A DNA stretch of 32,000 nt, taken from positions 2,956,104 through 2,988,103 of the forward strand of contig NC_004459.3 in NCBI RefSeq assembly GCF_000039765.1, given 5' to 3'. Below, in pieces: positions 17,403-31,020 of the stretch. The position numbers were made by a program, and so were the translations under genes. This DNA comes from Vibrio vulnificus CMCP6. GTDB lineage: Bacteria > Pseudomonadota > Gammaproteobacteria > Enterobacterales > Vibrionaceae. The notes under the pieces were generated by a model, which did not search any database, had not been told where the DNA came from, and saw only the letters and a list, made by a program, of their open reading frames with translations. The number at the start of each line of letters is the position of its first letter. Position 1 is the first letter of the stretch.

Positions 17403-18037
17403 AACTTTTCCGTCAAATTGAACTGCTCTGGCAATACATGCAATTGCAGCATCGCTTAACCCCCGTCGATTGCTTGCTCGTGATGTGCAGTAACGATCTT
17501 CGAGTGGCTGAACATGCTGCGAATTTGTACAAACAAGGGTACGCGCCCTATATCCTCTTTTCTGGTGGTGAGGGACGTTTCACTGAAGGGCTATTTGAAA
17601 AAAGCGAAGCGGAGACTTTTGCCGAGCTCGCAAAAGCTTCAGGCGTGCCTGAAGAAGCGATCTTACTCGAAACAAAATCCTCCAATAGTGGGGAAAACGT
17701 CCGTTTTTCCGAGCAACTTTTGATCGACAAGGGGTTAGTGTTTGAGTCGTTTATTTTGGTCCAAAAACCCTTTATGGAAAGACGCGCCCTCGCGACGTTC
17801 GAGAAGCAATGGCAGGGGCCTTACTCACACCTGTTGGTGAGCTCCACCGGAGAGGCCTTCTTTGATTACATCAATGAAGAGATGCCTCTAATGTTGGTGC
17901 TTGAAGCGCTTCTTGAGGACTTTGAGCGCATTAAACGTTATCCAGCAAAAGGGTTCCAAACCGAACAACCACTGCCCGATGACGTCGAAGCCGCTTACCA
18001 ATATATCCGAGAAAAGCTCACTTCTCTGCTTATTTAA
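17399..18037 (+). CDS. YdcF-family (DUF218) protein
   Basis: 212 aa with an ATGA overlap on the upstream gene. The DUF218-type core reads DCLLVMCSNDLRVAEHAANLYKQGYAPYILFSGGEGRFT...SEAETFAELA...ILLETKSSNSGENVRFS. Confidence 0.7.
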   Translation: MKLFRQIELLWQYMQLQHRLTPVDCLLVMCSNDLRVAEHAANLYKQGYAPYILFSGGEGRFTEGLFEKSEAETFAELAKASGVPEEAILLETKSSNSGENVRFSEQLLIDKGLVFESFILVQKPFMERRALATFEKQWQGPYSHLLVSSTGEAFFDYINEEMPLMLVLEALLEDFERIKRYPAKGFQTEQPLPDDVEAAYQYIREKLTSLLI

Positions 18038-18068
18038 CGCAGCCACACCTTTAATGCAGTCCCCAATG

Positions 18069-18099
18069 AAAAAAAGCCACTGCACATAATGTGAGTGGC
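18069..18099 (-). terminator. tdk terminator
   Basis: GCCACTgCAC (18076-18085) / GTGAGTGGC (18091-18099), with one bulged base. On the minus-strand RNA the stem is followed by U7 (plus-strand A-run 18069-18075). Confidence 0.6.
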
Positions 18100-18139
18100 T
18101 TCATTGCATTCTTGTCGGTAGGGGTACTCAAAGACCCCG

Positions 18140-18718
18140 TTATTTACCCAACGCTTCTTTGTAGTGTTGACGACAGACTGACACGTAACGATCGTTCCCC
18201 CCAATCGCCACTTGGTCACCTTCTTTAATCGCCTTACCGTGCTCGTCGGTGCGGATAACCATGTTGGCTTTGCGTCCACAATGACAAATGGTTTTTAGCT
18301 CGACCAATTTATCAGCCCAAGAAAGGAGGTATTTGCTGCCTTCAAACAGCTCACCTAGAAAATCCGTACGAAGTCCGTAACACAATACAGGAATGTGCAG
18401 CTTATCGACCACTTCCGTTAACTGATACACTTGCTCTTTCGATAAGAATTGGCACTCATCCACCAAAATACAATGGCGTTTCTCCACTTCATTCAGAGCA
18501 GCGATCTCTTGATAGAGATTGGTGTCTGCTTTAAACAATTGCGCTTCGGCTTGCAAACCAATTCGTGAACTGACTTTACCAATACCATAGCGATCATCTA
18601 AAGCCGCGGTAAAAATAACGGGCGTCATACCACGCTCTTGATAGTTGAAAGAAGACTGAAGAAGAGTCGTTGATTTACCCGCGTTCATCGCTGAGTAATA
18701 GAAATACATCTGAGCCAC
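18140..18718 (-). CDS. tdk: Thymidine kinase
   Basis: GTG start at 18718 gives [21 protein letters not shown] (P-loop). Zinc-ribbon cysteines are present (CHCGRKA...CRQH). 192 aa, colinear with E. coli Tdk. Confidence 0.95.
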   Translation of the reverse strand: MAQMYFYYSAMNAGKSTTLLQSSFNYQERGMTPVIFTAALDDRYGIGKVSSRIGLQAEAQLFKADTNLYQEIAALNEVEKRHCILVDECQFLSKEQVYQLTEVVDKLHIPVLCYGLRTDFLGELFEGSKYLLSWADKLVELKTICHCGRKANMVIRTDEHGKAIKEGDQVAIGGNDRYVSVCRQHYKEALGK

Positions 18719-18750
18719 AGAGCACTACCTAAGTAAAATTGGAAAATGTA

Positions 18751-18786
18751 AAAATATAAAGAAAAGGGCTGAATCAACAGCCCTTT
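18751..18786 (-). terminator. cysS terminator
   Basis: AAAGGGCTG (18763-18771) / CAGCCCTTT (18778-18786), followed on the minus-strand RNA by a U-rich tract. It lies 13 nt after the cysS stop. Confidence 0.55.
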
Positions 18787-18798
18787 AAAAAGATGCAA

Positions 18799-20181
18799 TT
18801 ACTTGCGACGCCACGTTGTTCCTTCAGGGCCATCTTCAAGTACGATACCCATTTCGTTCAGCTTATCGCGCGCCATATCCGCGTTTGCCCAATCTTTCGC
18901 CGCACGAGAATCGTTACGCAGTTTGATCAGCGCTTCAATTTCTGCCACTTCATCATCATTGCCCGCGTCACCTTTCAAAAACGCGTCTGGATCTTGATGA
19001 AGAATGCCGATCACGTCAGCAAGCTCACGCATCAAGGCACCTAAAGCACTGGCGTTGGCCAGATCTTCCGTTTTCAATCGGTTGATCTCACGCGCCATAT
19101 CAAACAACACGGAATAGGCTTCCGGCGTGTTGAAATCGTCGTTCATTGCTGCGGTAAAGCGTGACACATACTCTTCACCACCTGCTGGCGCAGCCGAGAA
19201 ATCCAAACCACGCAGAGAAGTGTATAGGCGCTCTAGTGACGCGCGAGCTTGGTTGAGATTTTCTTCGCTGTAGTTAAGCTGGCTGCGGTAGTGACCCGAC
19301 ATTAGGAAGTAACGTACGGTTTCCGCATCATAGTGACCTAACACATCGCGAATAGTGAAGAAGTTACCTAGAGACTTAGACATCTTCTCTTTGTCGACCA
19401 TCACCATACCGCTGTGCATCCAAGTATTTACATACTGAGTGTCATGGGCACAGCAAGACTGAGCAATTTCGTTTTCGTGGTGAGGGAACTGAAGATCAGA
19501 GCCACCGCCGTGAATATCAAAATGATTACCAAGAATGGACGAGTTCATTGCCGAACATTCGATGTGCCAACCAGGACGACCTGGCCCCCATGGTGATTCC
19601 CATGTAGGCTCACCCGGCTTGGACATTTTCCAAAGTACGAAATCCAGAGGACAGCGTTTTGCTGTTTCTACATCGACGCGCGCGCCCGCTTGAAGCTGGT
19701 CAAGGTCTTGCTTAGAAAGCTTACCGTATTCGTCAAATTTATTGACTTCAAACATCACATCACCGTTGTCGGCGACATACGCAAAACCACGTTCAATCAG
19801 TCTTTCAACTAACTCAATGATTTCTTGAATGTATTGCGTTGCGCGCGGTTCCACATCTGGGCGCTTCATGTTTAGCGCATCGAAGTCAGCGTGCATTTCA
19901 CCGATCAAACGTTCGGTCAATGAATCACAGGTTTCACCGTTTTCCGCCGCACGTTTGATGATTTTGTCATCGATATCGGTAATGTTGCGCACAAACGTCA
20001 GATCGTAACCTAAATAGCGCAAGTAACGAGATACGACGTCAAAAGAGACAAATGTACGGCCATGACCGATGTGACAGAGATCGTAAATGGTAACTCCACA
20101 GACATACATACCGACTTTACCGGCTGTGATTGGTTTGAATTCCTCTTTCTGTCTTGTCAGTGTGTTATATATCTTCAACAT
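18799..20181 (-). CDS. cysS: Cysteine--tRNA ligase
   Basis: Trimmed to ATG 20181 ([15 protein letters not shown]...), giving 460 aa as in E. coli. It has the HIGH motif (CHIGHGR) and the KMSKS motif. The 49-codon upstream extension in the ORF track has no homology logic. Confidence 0.95.
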   Translation of the reverse strand: MLKIYNTLTRQKEEFKPITAGKVGMYVCGVTIYDLCHIGHGRTFVSFDVVSRYLRYLGYDLTFVRNITDIDDKIIKRAAENGETCDSLTERLIGEMHADFDALNMKRPDVEPRATQYIQEIIELVERLIERGFAYVADNGDVMFEVNKFDEYGKLSKQDLDQLQAGARVDVETAKRCPLDFVLWKMSKPGEPTWESPWGPGRPGWHIECSAMNSSILGNHFDIHGGGSDLQFPHHENEIAQSCCAHDTQYVNTWMHSGMVMVDKEKMSKSLGNFFTIRDVLGHYDAETVRYFLMSGHYRSQLNYSEENLNQARASLERLYTSLRGLDFSAAPAGGEEYVSRFTAAMNDDFNTPEAYSVLFDMAREINRLKTEDLANASALGALMRELADVIGILHQDPDAFLKGDAGNDDEVAEIEALIKLRNDSRAAKDWANADMARDKLNEMGIVLEDGPEGTTWRRK

Positions 20182-20322
20182 GATCTCTATCTGTATATTG
20201 ATTGAACTAAAATGAATCGGCAGTATACCAACTACATTGTTTTTAGGTAATAACAATTCCGCTGAAAAACGATAATCGGCTAAACTTCCAACACAAAAGC
20301 GTAATTTGCTTAGTCCTTCGTT

Positions 20323-20350
20323 TTGCATGAGCCTTAACTTAGGCTAGAAT
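20323..20350 (+). promoter_or_regulatory. Candidate sigma-70 promoter of ppiB
   Basis: TTGCAT (20323-20328), 16-nt spacer, TAGAAT (20345-20350). It lies about 37 nt upstream of the ppiB ATG, and AAGGA precedes the start codon. Confidence 0.35.
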
Positions 20351-20386
20351 TCTGACTTTAAACAAAACAGCACAAAGGAAAACAGC

Positions 20387-20881
20387 ATGATCACCCTTCA
20401 CACAAATTTTGGTGACATCAAGATTGAGCTAAATGCAGAAAAAGCACCAGAAACGAGCGCAAACTTTCTTCAATACTGCCGCGAAGGTTTTTACGACAAC
20501 ACCATTTTCCACCGTGTTATCGATGGTTTTATGATCCAAGGCGGTGGTATGGAGTCTGGTCTACGTGAGAAACCAACTCGCACGCCAATCAAAAACGAAG
20601 CGAACAACGGCCTAAGCAACAAAGTCGGTTCTATCGCGATGGCTCGTACTATGGACCCACACTCTGCTAGCTCACAGTTTTTCATTAACGTAAACAACAA
20701 CACATTTCTAGACTTCCGTAGCGAAAGCCTAGACGGTTGGGGTTACTGCGTGTTCGGTGAAGTTGTTGAAGGTATGGACGTGGTTAACAAAATCAAAGGC
20801 GTTAGCACAGGTTCTTACGGCATGCACCAAGACGTACCACTAGAAGAAGTGGTGATCACTGGCGCAACCATCGAAGAGTAA
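20387..20881 (+). CDS. ppiB: Peptidyl-prolyl cis-trans isomerase B (cyclophilin type)
   Basis: 164 aa with [14 protein letters not shown] and SQFFIN cyclophilin signatures. The cysS-ppiB-lpxH arrangement matches E. coli. Confidence 0.93.
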   Translation: MITLHTNFGDIKIELNAEKAPETSANFLQYCREGFYDNTIFHRVIDGFMIQGGGMESGLREKPTRTPIKNEANNGLSNKVGSIAMARTMDPHSASSQFFINVNNNTFLDFRSESLDGWGYCVFGEVVEGMDVVNKIKGVSTGSYGMHQDVPLEEVVITGATIEE

Positions 20882-20912
20882 TATTACTCATCACCTTTTG
20901 AGATAGGTTTAT

Positions 20913-20940
20913 GGGGAGGCTTAGCCTCCCCCTTGTTTCT
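20913..20940 (+). terminator. GC-rich hairpin plus T-rich tail between ppiB and lpxH (terminator/attenuator-like)
   Basis: GGGGAGGC (20913-20920) tta GCCTCCCC (20924-20931), followed by CTTGTTTCT. It ends directly at the lpxH ATG (20941). Confidence 0.5.
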
Positions 20941-21672
20941 ATGACAACACTTTTTATTTCTGATTTACATCTTACTCCTTCTCGCACAGACATCACCGAG
21001 TGCTTTGTGCAATTTATGCGTAACGAAGCCGTGAACGCGGAAGCACTGTATGTGTTGGGTGACCTGTTCGAATTTTGGATCGGTGATGAAGATTGCACTC
21101 CCTTCGCCGAACGCATTCGCAACGAATTTAAAGCACTGACCACATCAGGTGTTCCCGTTTATTTTATTCAAGGCAATCGCGACTTCTTATTAGGTCAACG
21201 ATTCTGTCGTGAAACGGGAATAACACTCTTAGACGATGTCTGCACCATCGACCTTTATGGCGAAAAAGTGGTGATCCTTCACGGTGATACTCTATGCATT
21301 GACGATTTAAAATATCAAGAGTTTCGCAAAACGGTGCACCAGCGATGGCTGCAATGGATCTTCAAACGGATTCCTTGGTTTATTAAGAAACGAATCGTTG
21401 CCAAAGTACAGTCTGGCGTTCGTGATGATAAGCAACATAAGTCGCTCGAGATCATGGACGTGAACCAGCAAGAAGTCGCTCAAGTCATGTCTCAGTTTTG
21501 CGTCAAGTTGATGATTCATGGTCATACTCATCGCCCTAATATTCATCACTTCGAACACGATAATCTCCCGTTAACACGCATTGTGTTAGGCGATTGGTAT
21601 TCCCAAGGCTCTGTTTTAAAAGTTACTGCCGATGGATATTCGTTAGAACAACGCCCTTTTTTTACTGAGTGA
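20941..21672 (+). CDS. lpxH: UDP-2,3-diacylglucosamine diphosphatase LpxH
   Basis: Trimmed to ATG 20941 ([11 protein letters not shown], compare E. coli MATLFIADLHL). Metallophosphoesterase motifs are present: DLH, GDLFEFW, GNRD, HGD, HGHTH. 243 aa. Confidence 0.92.
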   Translation: MTTLFISDLHLTPSRTDITECFVQFMRNEAVNAEALYVLGDLFEFWIGDEDCTPFAERIRNEFKALTTSGVPVYFIQGNRDFLLGQRFCRETGITLLDDVCTIDLYGEKVVILHGDTLCIDDLKYQEFRKTVHQRWLQWIFKRIPWFIKKRIVAKVQSGVRDDKQHKSLEIMDVNQQEVAQVMSQFCVKLMIHGHTHRPNIHHFEHDNLPLTRIVLGDWYSQGSVLKVTADGYSLEQRPFFTE

Positions 21673-21779
21673 ATTATTACTACAACATCGCTAGCAAACT
21701 GTAACAATCGACATAGATCTTTTGGAAAAAGTCGCTATCATCAAATCTAAAGCACTTTAACAGAACAGAGTTCAGCAAA

Positions 21780-22994
21780 TTGAAGTATTCCTACGTTGCC
21801 AGACAACCCATTCTTGATCAAAACAGAAAAACCATTGGTTATGAATTGCTGTTTCGCGATGGTCCAAAAAATACCTTCCCCGAAGTTGAACCAGAGTTAG
21901 CGACCAGTCGCTTGCTCTCTGATCATTTCCTTTCCACTCACTACAGTACGCTTGGAAACAAACTCGGTTTTGTGAACTTTCCATACCAGAGCCTCATCAA
22001 CTTGGTACCAACGCTCTTTCCAAAAGAGAGCTTGGTGATTGAGATCCTGGAAGATTGTGAGCCAACCGATGAGCTCTACGAAGCCATTATCAAACTTCAC
22101 AAAGCGGGCTACCACATCGCATTGGATGATTTCGTTCCTAATCGCGCGTGGAAACGCTTCTTGCCTTATATCCATATCATTAAGTTTGATATTCGCATCG
22201 TTCCTATTGAAAAAGCCGCTCAGTTTATTGCCTCACTACGTAAACTGAAAATCAAATTTTTGGCTGAAAAAGTCGAAACTTACCAAGAATTTGAACAAGC
22301 GATCAAAGCTGGATTTGATTATTTTCAAGGGTACTTCTTTAGCCGCCCTGAAATGATTCAAAAGAGAAGAATTAACCCGTCTTTTTTAACGGTCGTTCAG
22401 CTGTGTAAAGAGATTGCAGATGAGCCCATCGATTTTAATGAAGTGGAACGTCTATTTTCTATTGATGTCACGCTTTCCTATAAGTTGATGACTTACGTAA
22501 ACTCAGGCTACACCCTTACGGCAAAGATAAAGTCTTTCCGCCAAGCTTTGATCTATTTGGGTGAGGAAAAACTGCGCCGATTTATTTCACTGGTCGCGGT
22601 GGCGTCCGTTCACGAAGATAAACCAGACTCACTCTATTCGTTAGCCGTTCAACGCGCGCGAGCTTGTGAACTGCTATTAGGGCATATGTCGTCCAAGTAC
22701 GATCCTGGACAAGCTTTCCTGACCGGGCTTTTTTCTCTGCTTGATTCGTTGCTAGACCAGCCTCTCGGTGACATTATCGAAGACATTCCTGTTGATGAAG
22801 AGATCAAACTGGCACTCAGCGAGCGCTCTGGCCAACTTGGGATGATACTGTCCACCATCACCGCTTATGAACAAGCAAATTGGGAGCTGGCGAGTCAGTA
22901 TCAGCAACAGCTGGGGATCTCCGAACATCAGTTGTGTATGGCCTATAGTAAAGCAACCGAGTGGACACAAGAATTGCTGTCGCAGACACCGTAA
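21780..22994 (+). CDS. EAL domain plus HDOD domain signalling protein (putative c-di-GMP phosphodiesterase)
   Basis: TTG start. EAL-domain landmarks are YELLFR (E-x-L-x-R), EILE, DDF, KFD, EKVE and QGYFF. The C-terminal half is HDOD-like (LSYKLMTYVNS...LIYLGEEKLRRFISLV). Confidence 0.8.
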   Translation: MKYSYVARQPILDQNRKTIGYELLFRDGPKNTFPEVEPELATSRLLSDHFLSTHYSTLGNKLGFVNFPYQSLINLVPTLFPKESLVIEILEDCEPTDELYEAIIKLHKAGYHIALDDFVPNRAWKRFLPYIHIIKFDIRIVPIEKAAQFIASLRKLKIKFLAEKVETYQEFEQAIKAGFDYFQGYFFSRPEMIQKRRINPSFLTVVQLCKEIADEPIDFNEVERLFSIDVTLSYKLMTYVNSGYTLTAKIKSFRQALIYLGEEKLRRFISLVAVASVHEDKPDSLYSLAVQRARACELLLGHMSSKYDPGQAFLTGLFSLLDSLLDQPLGDIIEDIPVDEEIKLALSERSGQLGMILSTITAYEQANWELASQYQQQLGISEHQLCMAYSKATEWTQELLSQTP

Positions 22995-23006
22995 CTCGTT
23001 ATAATG

Positions 23007-23041
23007 ACAAACAACCCCACAACAGTGGGGTTGTTTGTTTT
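23007..23041 (+). terminator. Rho-independent terminator of the EAL-HDOD gene
   Basis: ACAAACAACCCCAC (23007-23020) aaca GTGGGGTTGTTTGT (23025-23038) then TTT, a 14-bp perfect stem. This also argues against the ORF-track start of ychJ at 23004. Confidence 0.8.
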
Positions 23042-23069
23042 ATCGCTTTATTTGCTGAGATTTCAATTT

Positions 23070-23573
23070 ATGGCTGCTTCTTGTCCTTGCGGATCAAACC
23101 GTACCTATGCTCTGTGTTGTAAAATTGCCCATAAGCATCACGCCAATGTGATCACACCGGAACAACTGATGCGTTCTCGTTACAGTGCCCACGTATTGGG
23201 ATTGGTCGATTACGTTGTGAATACCTACCACCCAAGCTGCCATGCCGAAGAACAGCGCGAAGGCATCGCGGAATCCATTGAGAATGATTGGTGCAAGCTT
23301 GAAGTGGTTAAAGCAGAAGTAGGCAGCAACGAGAATGAAGGCTTTGTTGAGTTCAACGCTTACTTTGATGAAGACGGTAAACGCTACTGTATGACCGAAC
23401 GCTCTCGCTTTGTGAAAGAAGACGGGCTTTGGTATTACATTGATGGCACTTTTCCTGAAGACGAGCCGGAGCCAGATCCGCGTTTAAATCAATCTGTAAG
23501 TAGCTTGAAAGTGGGCCGCAACGATCCGTGTATCTGTGGCAGCGGTAAGAAATTTAAGAAATGTTGTGGGTAA
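23070..23573 (+). CDS. ychJ: YchJ-family protein (UPF0225) with SEC-C metal-binding motifs at both ends
   Basis: Trimmed to ATG 23070. [17 protein letters not shown] at the N-terminus and [19 protein letters not shown] at the C-terminus. Central LMRSRYSA...[17 protein letters not shown] as in E. coli YchJ. Confidence 0.85.
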   Translation: MAASCPCGSNRTYALCCKIAHKHHANVITPEQLMRSRYSAHVLGLVDYVVNTYHPSCHAEEQREGIAESIENDWCKLEVVKAEVGSNENEGFVEFNAYFDEDGKRYCMTERSRFVKEDGLWYYIDGTFPEDEPEPDPRLNQSVSSLKVGRNDPCICGSGKKFKKCCG

Positions 23574-23590
23574 GAGCCAAGGGAAAACAA

Positions 23591-23667
23591 GGTTCTAGGT
23601 TCTAGGTTCTAGGTTCTAGGTTCTAGGTTCTAGGTTCTAGGTTCTAGGTTCTAGGTTCTAGGTTCTA
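23591..23667. repeat. Perfect tandem heptanucleotide repeat, (GGTTCTA)x11
   Basis: Counted directly: 77 nt = 11 identical units. It starts 18 nt after the ychJ stop, in the gap between convergent ychJ and hisIE. Every unit junction creates CTAG. Confidence 0.98.
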
Positions 23668-23726
23668 AAAAACCTTAAATCTTTCCTTTCCGTAAGTAAA
23701 GCGCCCTGAATTCCATAACTCTTTCT

Positions 23727-23758
23727 AAAAAACGAAGTGCGCAGAGTCCCTGCGCACT
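23727..23758 (-). terminator. his operon terminator
   Basis: AGTGCGCAG (23736-23744) / CTGCGCACT (23750-23758). On the minus-strand RNA the stem is followed by UCGUUUUUU (plus-strand A-run 23727-23732). Confidence 0.7.
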
Positions 23759-23804
23759 CTCTACTAGGGCCCTAATCCCTATCAACCTTGACCTTGTCTC
23801 TATC

Positions 23805-24436
23805 TTACTTATGACGCTCTTTAAGCTTATTGATAACGTCATTCATCGATAGGCCTTGGTCTTGCAGCAATACCAGCAAGTGGTAAATCAAGTCTGCCGA
23901 TTCACACACTAACTCCGCCTTATCGCCCGACGTCGCCGCAAGCGCGACTTCAACGCCTTCTTCGCCCACTTTCTGCGAAATACGCTTGGTACCACGAGCA
24001 TACAGACTGGCAGTATAAGAGGAATCTGGACCGGCACTCTTGCGGGCAGCCAGTAGCTGCTCAAGTTGATGAAGCCACACCATTTGTGATTCTTCCTGTG
24101 GATCACCATCCCAGCAAGTGGTCGTGCCCGTATGACACGTCGGCCCAATTGGGTTGACTTTCACTAACAGTGTGTCGTTATCACAATCCAACGACATGTT
24201 CACCAATTGCAGTACGTTACCTGACGTTTCCCCTTTGGTCCAAAGACGTTCTTTGGTACGAGAGAAAAACGTTACTTGGCCAGTTTCACCCGTTTTCACC
24301 AAGGCTTCTTGGTTCATGTAACCCATCATCAGCACTTGGCTCGATTGGAAATCTTGTACGATGGCAGGTACCAGACCGTCCACCTTCTCCCAGTTGATTC
24401 GCTCAGCGAGCGAGCTGACTTCGGCGGTTTTAAAAC

Positions 24437-24440
<4 letters not shown>
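23805..24440 (-). CDS. hisIE: Bifunctional phosphoribosyl-AMP cyclohydrolase / phosphoribosyl-ATP diphosphatase
   Basis: 211 aa with ...VPAIVQD...MMGYMN...[18 protein letters not shown]...DCDNDTLL...GPTCHTG. Last gene of the operon, with a 4-nt overlap on hisF. Confidence 0.95.
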
Positions 24441-25941
<1,501 letters not shown>

Positions 25942-26556
25942 TTATAATTCTAAGAAGTTTTGAATAAGCTTCGCGCCCGCTTTTGAAGAACGCTCTGGAT
26001 GGAACTGCACACCGTAGTAGTTACCACTTTGTACTGCCGCTGTGAACGAGTTGCCGTATTCACATTCAGCAATGGTGTAGTCCCCAACTGGCATTGCAAA
26101 ACTGTGCACGAAGTAGAAGTACTCACCTTCTTCAATACCTTTGAACAGTGGGTTACCTGCTTTTGCAGACACCGTGTTCCAACCCATATGCGGCAGCGGT
26201 AAGTCGCCAGTTTGTAGCAGTTTCACTTCACCGTCACAAAGTCCAAGACACTCAACTAACTCGTCGGCTTTCTGCCCTTTCTCTTGAGATACTTTGCCCA
26301 ACAGTTGCATGCCTAAACAGATACCGAGCAGCGGCTTCTCTACCTGTTTTACCAAGCTGATCAGATCGCGCTCTTCTAGGTTCTTCATCGCTTCACTGGC
26401 GGTGCCCACCCCCGGTAGAAATAGCTTGTCAGCCGACAATACCACTTGTGGATCTTTTGAAATCGTCACGTCATAGCCTAGGCGTTCAATGGCAAACTTC
26501 ACCGAAGAAACGTTGGCACAGCCAGTATCGATAATGACAACTTTCTGTTCTGTCAC
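25942..26556 (-). CDS. hisH: Imidazole glycerol phosphate synthase, glutamine amidotransferase subunit
   Basis: 204 aa, class-I GATase with nucleophile elbow GICLGMQLL and C-terminal FHPE. Confidence 0.95.
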   Translation of the reverse strand: MTEQKVVIIDTGCANVSSVKFAIERLGYDVTISKDPQVVLSADKLFLPGVGTASEAMKNLEERDLISLVKQVEKPLLGICLGMQLLGKVSQEKGQKADELVECLGLCDGEVKLLQTGDLPLPHMGWNTVSAKAGNPLFKGIEEGEYFYFVHSFAMPVGDYTIAECEYGNSFTAAVQSGNYYGVQFHPERSSKAGAKLIQNFLEL

Positions 26557-26582
26557 TGTTTTTCTCCTTGCTTACGCTCGTC

Positions 26583-27656
26583 TTACAGCACGCCTTTACT
26601 ACTTGGTAGCTCAGTGCCTTCTACTTTGATTGCTTGGCGCAGAGTACGACCAAACGCTTTGAATAGACTTTCAATGATGTGGTGATCATTGTTGCCCGCA
26701 GAAGAAAGGTGCAGCGTACACGCTAGGGTATCCGTCAAAGAACGGAAGAAGTGAACCACCATCTCAGTGGATAAGTCACCGACCTGCTCACGGCTGAACT
26801 GCGCGTCAAACTTAAGGTAAGGACGACCAGATAGGTCTAGTGCACATTGTGCCAAGCACTCGTCCATTGGCAGGCTGAAGCCAAAGCGGCCAATACCACG
26901 CTTGTCACCCAGTGCTTCTTTCAATGCTTGCCCCAGCGCGAGAGCGGTATCTTCTACCGTGTGGTGATCATCAATATGCAAGTCACCTTCCACTTTGCAC
27001 ACCATCTGGAAGCCACCGTGAGTGGCGATTTGATCTAACATGTGGTCGAAGAAACCAAGACCGGTTGATATCGCGTTACCGCCTTGTTCATCAAGATTAA
27101 CGAATACTTTGATGTCCGTTTCTTTCGTGGTGCGAACCACTTCAGCAACACGCGCTTTCACCGTCAGATCTTTCAGGATCCGTTTCCAACCCATGATTTC
27201 TGGGTTGTATTGAATGCCACGAATGGCCATGTTCTCTGCAAGTTGAAGATCGGTTTGACGATCGCCAATCACGAACGAGTTCTGGAAATCCACTTTACCC
27301 GCTTGAAGGTACTCTTTTACTAAGCCCAATTTCGGTTTGCGACAAGAGCAATTGTCTTTTTCAAAGTGAGGACAGATCAGAACATCATCAAATTTCACAC
27401 CTTGAGATTCAAAGATCTCCATCATCATATTGTGTGGAGCATCAAAATCTTCTTGCGGATAGCTGTCTGTTCCAAGGCCGTCTTGGTTGGTGACCATCAC
27501 TAGACGGTATCCTGCATCTTGTAACGACAACAGGCTTGGGATAACAAATGGCTCTAGTTTTAGCTTATCTAAACGGTCTACTTGAAAATCGACAGGTGGT
27601 TCCACGATCAAAGTGCCGTCACGGTCGATAAAAAGGATTTTTTGTTGTTTGCTCAC
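26583..27656 (-). CDS. hisB: Bifunctional histidinol-phosphatase / imidazoleglycerol-phosphate dehydratase
   Basis: GTG start at 27656 preceded by AAGGAAG. HAD motif FIDRDGTL, and IGPD motifs [10 protein letters not shown] and GNNDHH. 357 aa. Confidence 0.95.
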
Positions 27657-27725
27657 TCGAACTTCCTTATTGCTATTCTTTTGGCGCTCTCGCTGTTTAG
27701 CGAGTGCAATTCATTCTTTCTCTAC

Positions 27726-30075
<2,350 letters not shown>

Positions 30076-30080
30076 GAGCC

Positions 30081-30977
30081 TTACTCCATCATTTTTTCAA
30101 TTGGTAGAACAAGAATAGAGCTCGCGCCAAGTTCTTTGAGCTGTTCCATCGTTTCCCAGAATAGGTTTTCTGTACTCACCAAGTGGACGGCCACTCGTTG
30201 TTTCTCTGCAGACAGTGGTAACACGGTTGGATCTTCCGCCCCAGGCAACAGTGCTTTGATCTGTTCTAGCTTATCAACTGGAGCATGTAGCATGATGTAT
30301 TTGGATTCTTTGGCTTGCTGAACGCCTTGCATACGCGTTAACAGCTTCTCGATAAGCGCTTGCTTGTCTTGGGCAAACTCACCTGAACGTTGAATAAGTG
30401 TTGCTTTCGATTGGAAAATAACCTCAGCCTCTTTTAGGCCATTGGCTTCAAGTGTTGCGCCTGTTGAAACCAAATCAGCGATTGCGTCCGCCAAACCAGC
30501 ACGAGGCGCAACTTCAACAGAGCCTGTCAGCATACAGGTTGAGAAAGGCACACCTTGTCGATCCATATACGCTTTGAGCAGTTGTGGGTAAGTCGTCGCA
30601 ATACGTTTCCCAGCAAGATCTTGAGGGCCATTGTATTTTTCATCTTTATCAATCGCGATGGACAAACGACATCCACCAAAATCTAGACGACTCAAGGTTT
30701 CAAATTGACAAGCATCACCAGTGGCTTTGCGCTCTAGACGCACTTCTTCCAGCACGTTTTCACCGATAAAACCAAGGTCAACAACGCCATCCATGATCAG
30801 CCCTGGGATGTCATCATCACGAACTAATAACAGATCAATTGGCATATTTTCTGAGTGCACGACTAAACGCTCACCCATAATATTGAATTTAACGCCACAC
30901 TTTTTTAAGAGCCCTTGGCACTCTTCACTCAGTCGGCCTTTTTTCTGAATTGCAATTCTTAAGCGTTGTGTTTGCAT
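30081..30977 (-). CDS. hisG: ATP phosphoribosyltransferase (long form)
   Basis: Trimmed to ATG 30977 ([18 protein letters not shown]...), 298 aa. The track start at 30998 is a TTG with no support. Confidence 0.93.
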   Translation of the reverse strand: MQTQRLRIAIQKKGRLSEECQGLLKKCGVKFNIMGERLVVHSENMPIDLLLVRDDDIPGLIMDGVVDLGFIGENVLEEVRLERKATGDACQFETLSRLDFGGCRLSIAIDKDEKYNGPQDLAGKRIATTYPQLLKAYMDRQGVPFSTCMLTGSVEVAPRAGLADAIADLVSTGATLEANGLKEAEVIFQSKATLIQRSGEFAQDKQALIEKLLTRMQGVQQAKESKYIMLHAPVDKLEQIKALLPGAEDPTVLPLSAEKQRVAVHLVSTENLFWETMEQLKELGASSILVLPIEKMME

Positions 30978-31020
30978 GACATTGTCCCTGTGCTTCAATT
31001 TGAAAATGATGAAAGTGAAA

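Noticed and set aside
20182-20328. N-terminal extension of cysS in the ORF track; analogous extensions exist for torE, fetB, lpxH, ychJ, hisC, hisG, the sulfotransferase and the right-edge antiporter
   Set aside because: The extensions lack homology to the known N-termini, start at weak TTG/GTG codons or run through terminator hairpins. The internal ATG/GTG codons have properly spaced SD sequences.
23591-23667. Possible CRISPR array, because of the regular short repeats
   Set aside because: The units are 7 nt and directly abutting with no spacers, and no cas genes are nearby. It is a simple tandem repeat.
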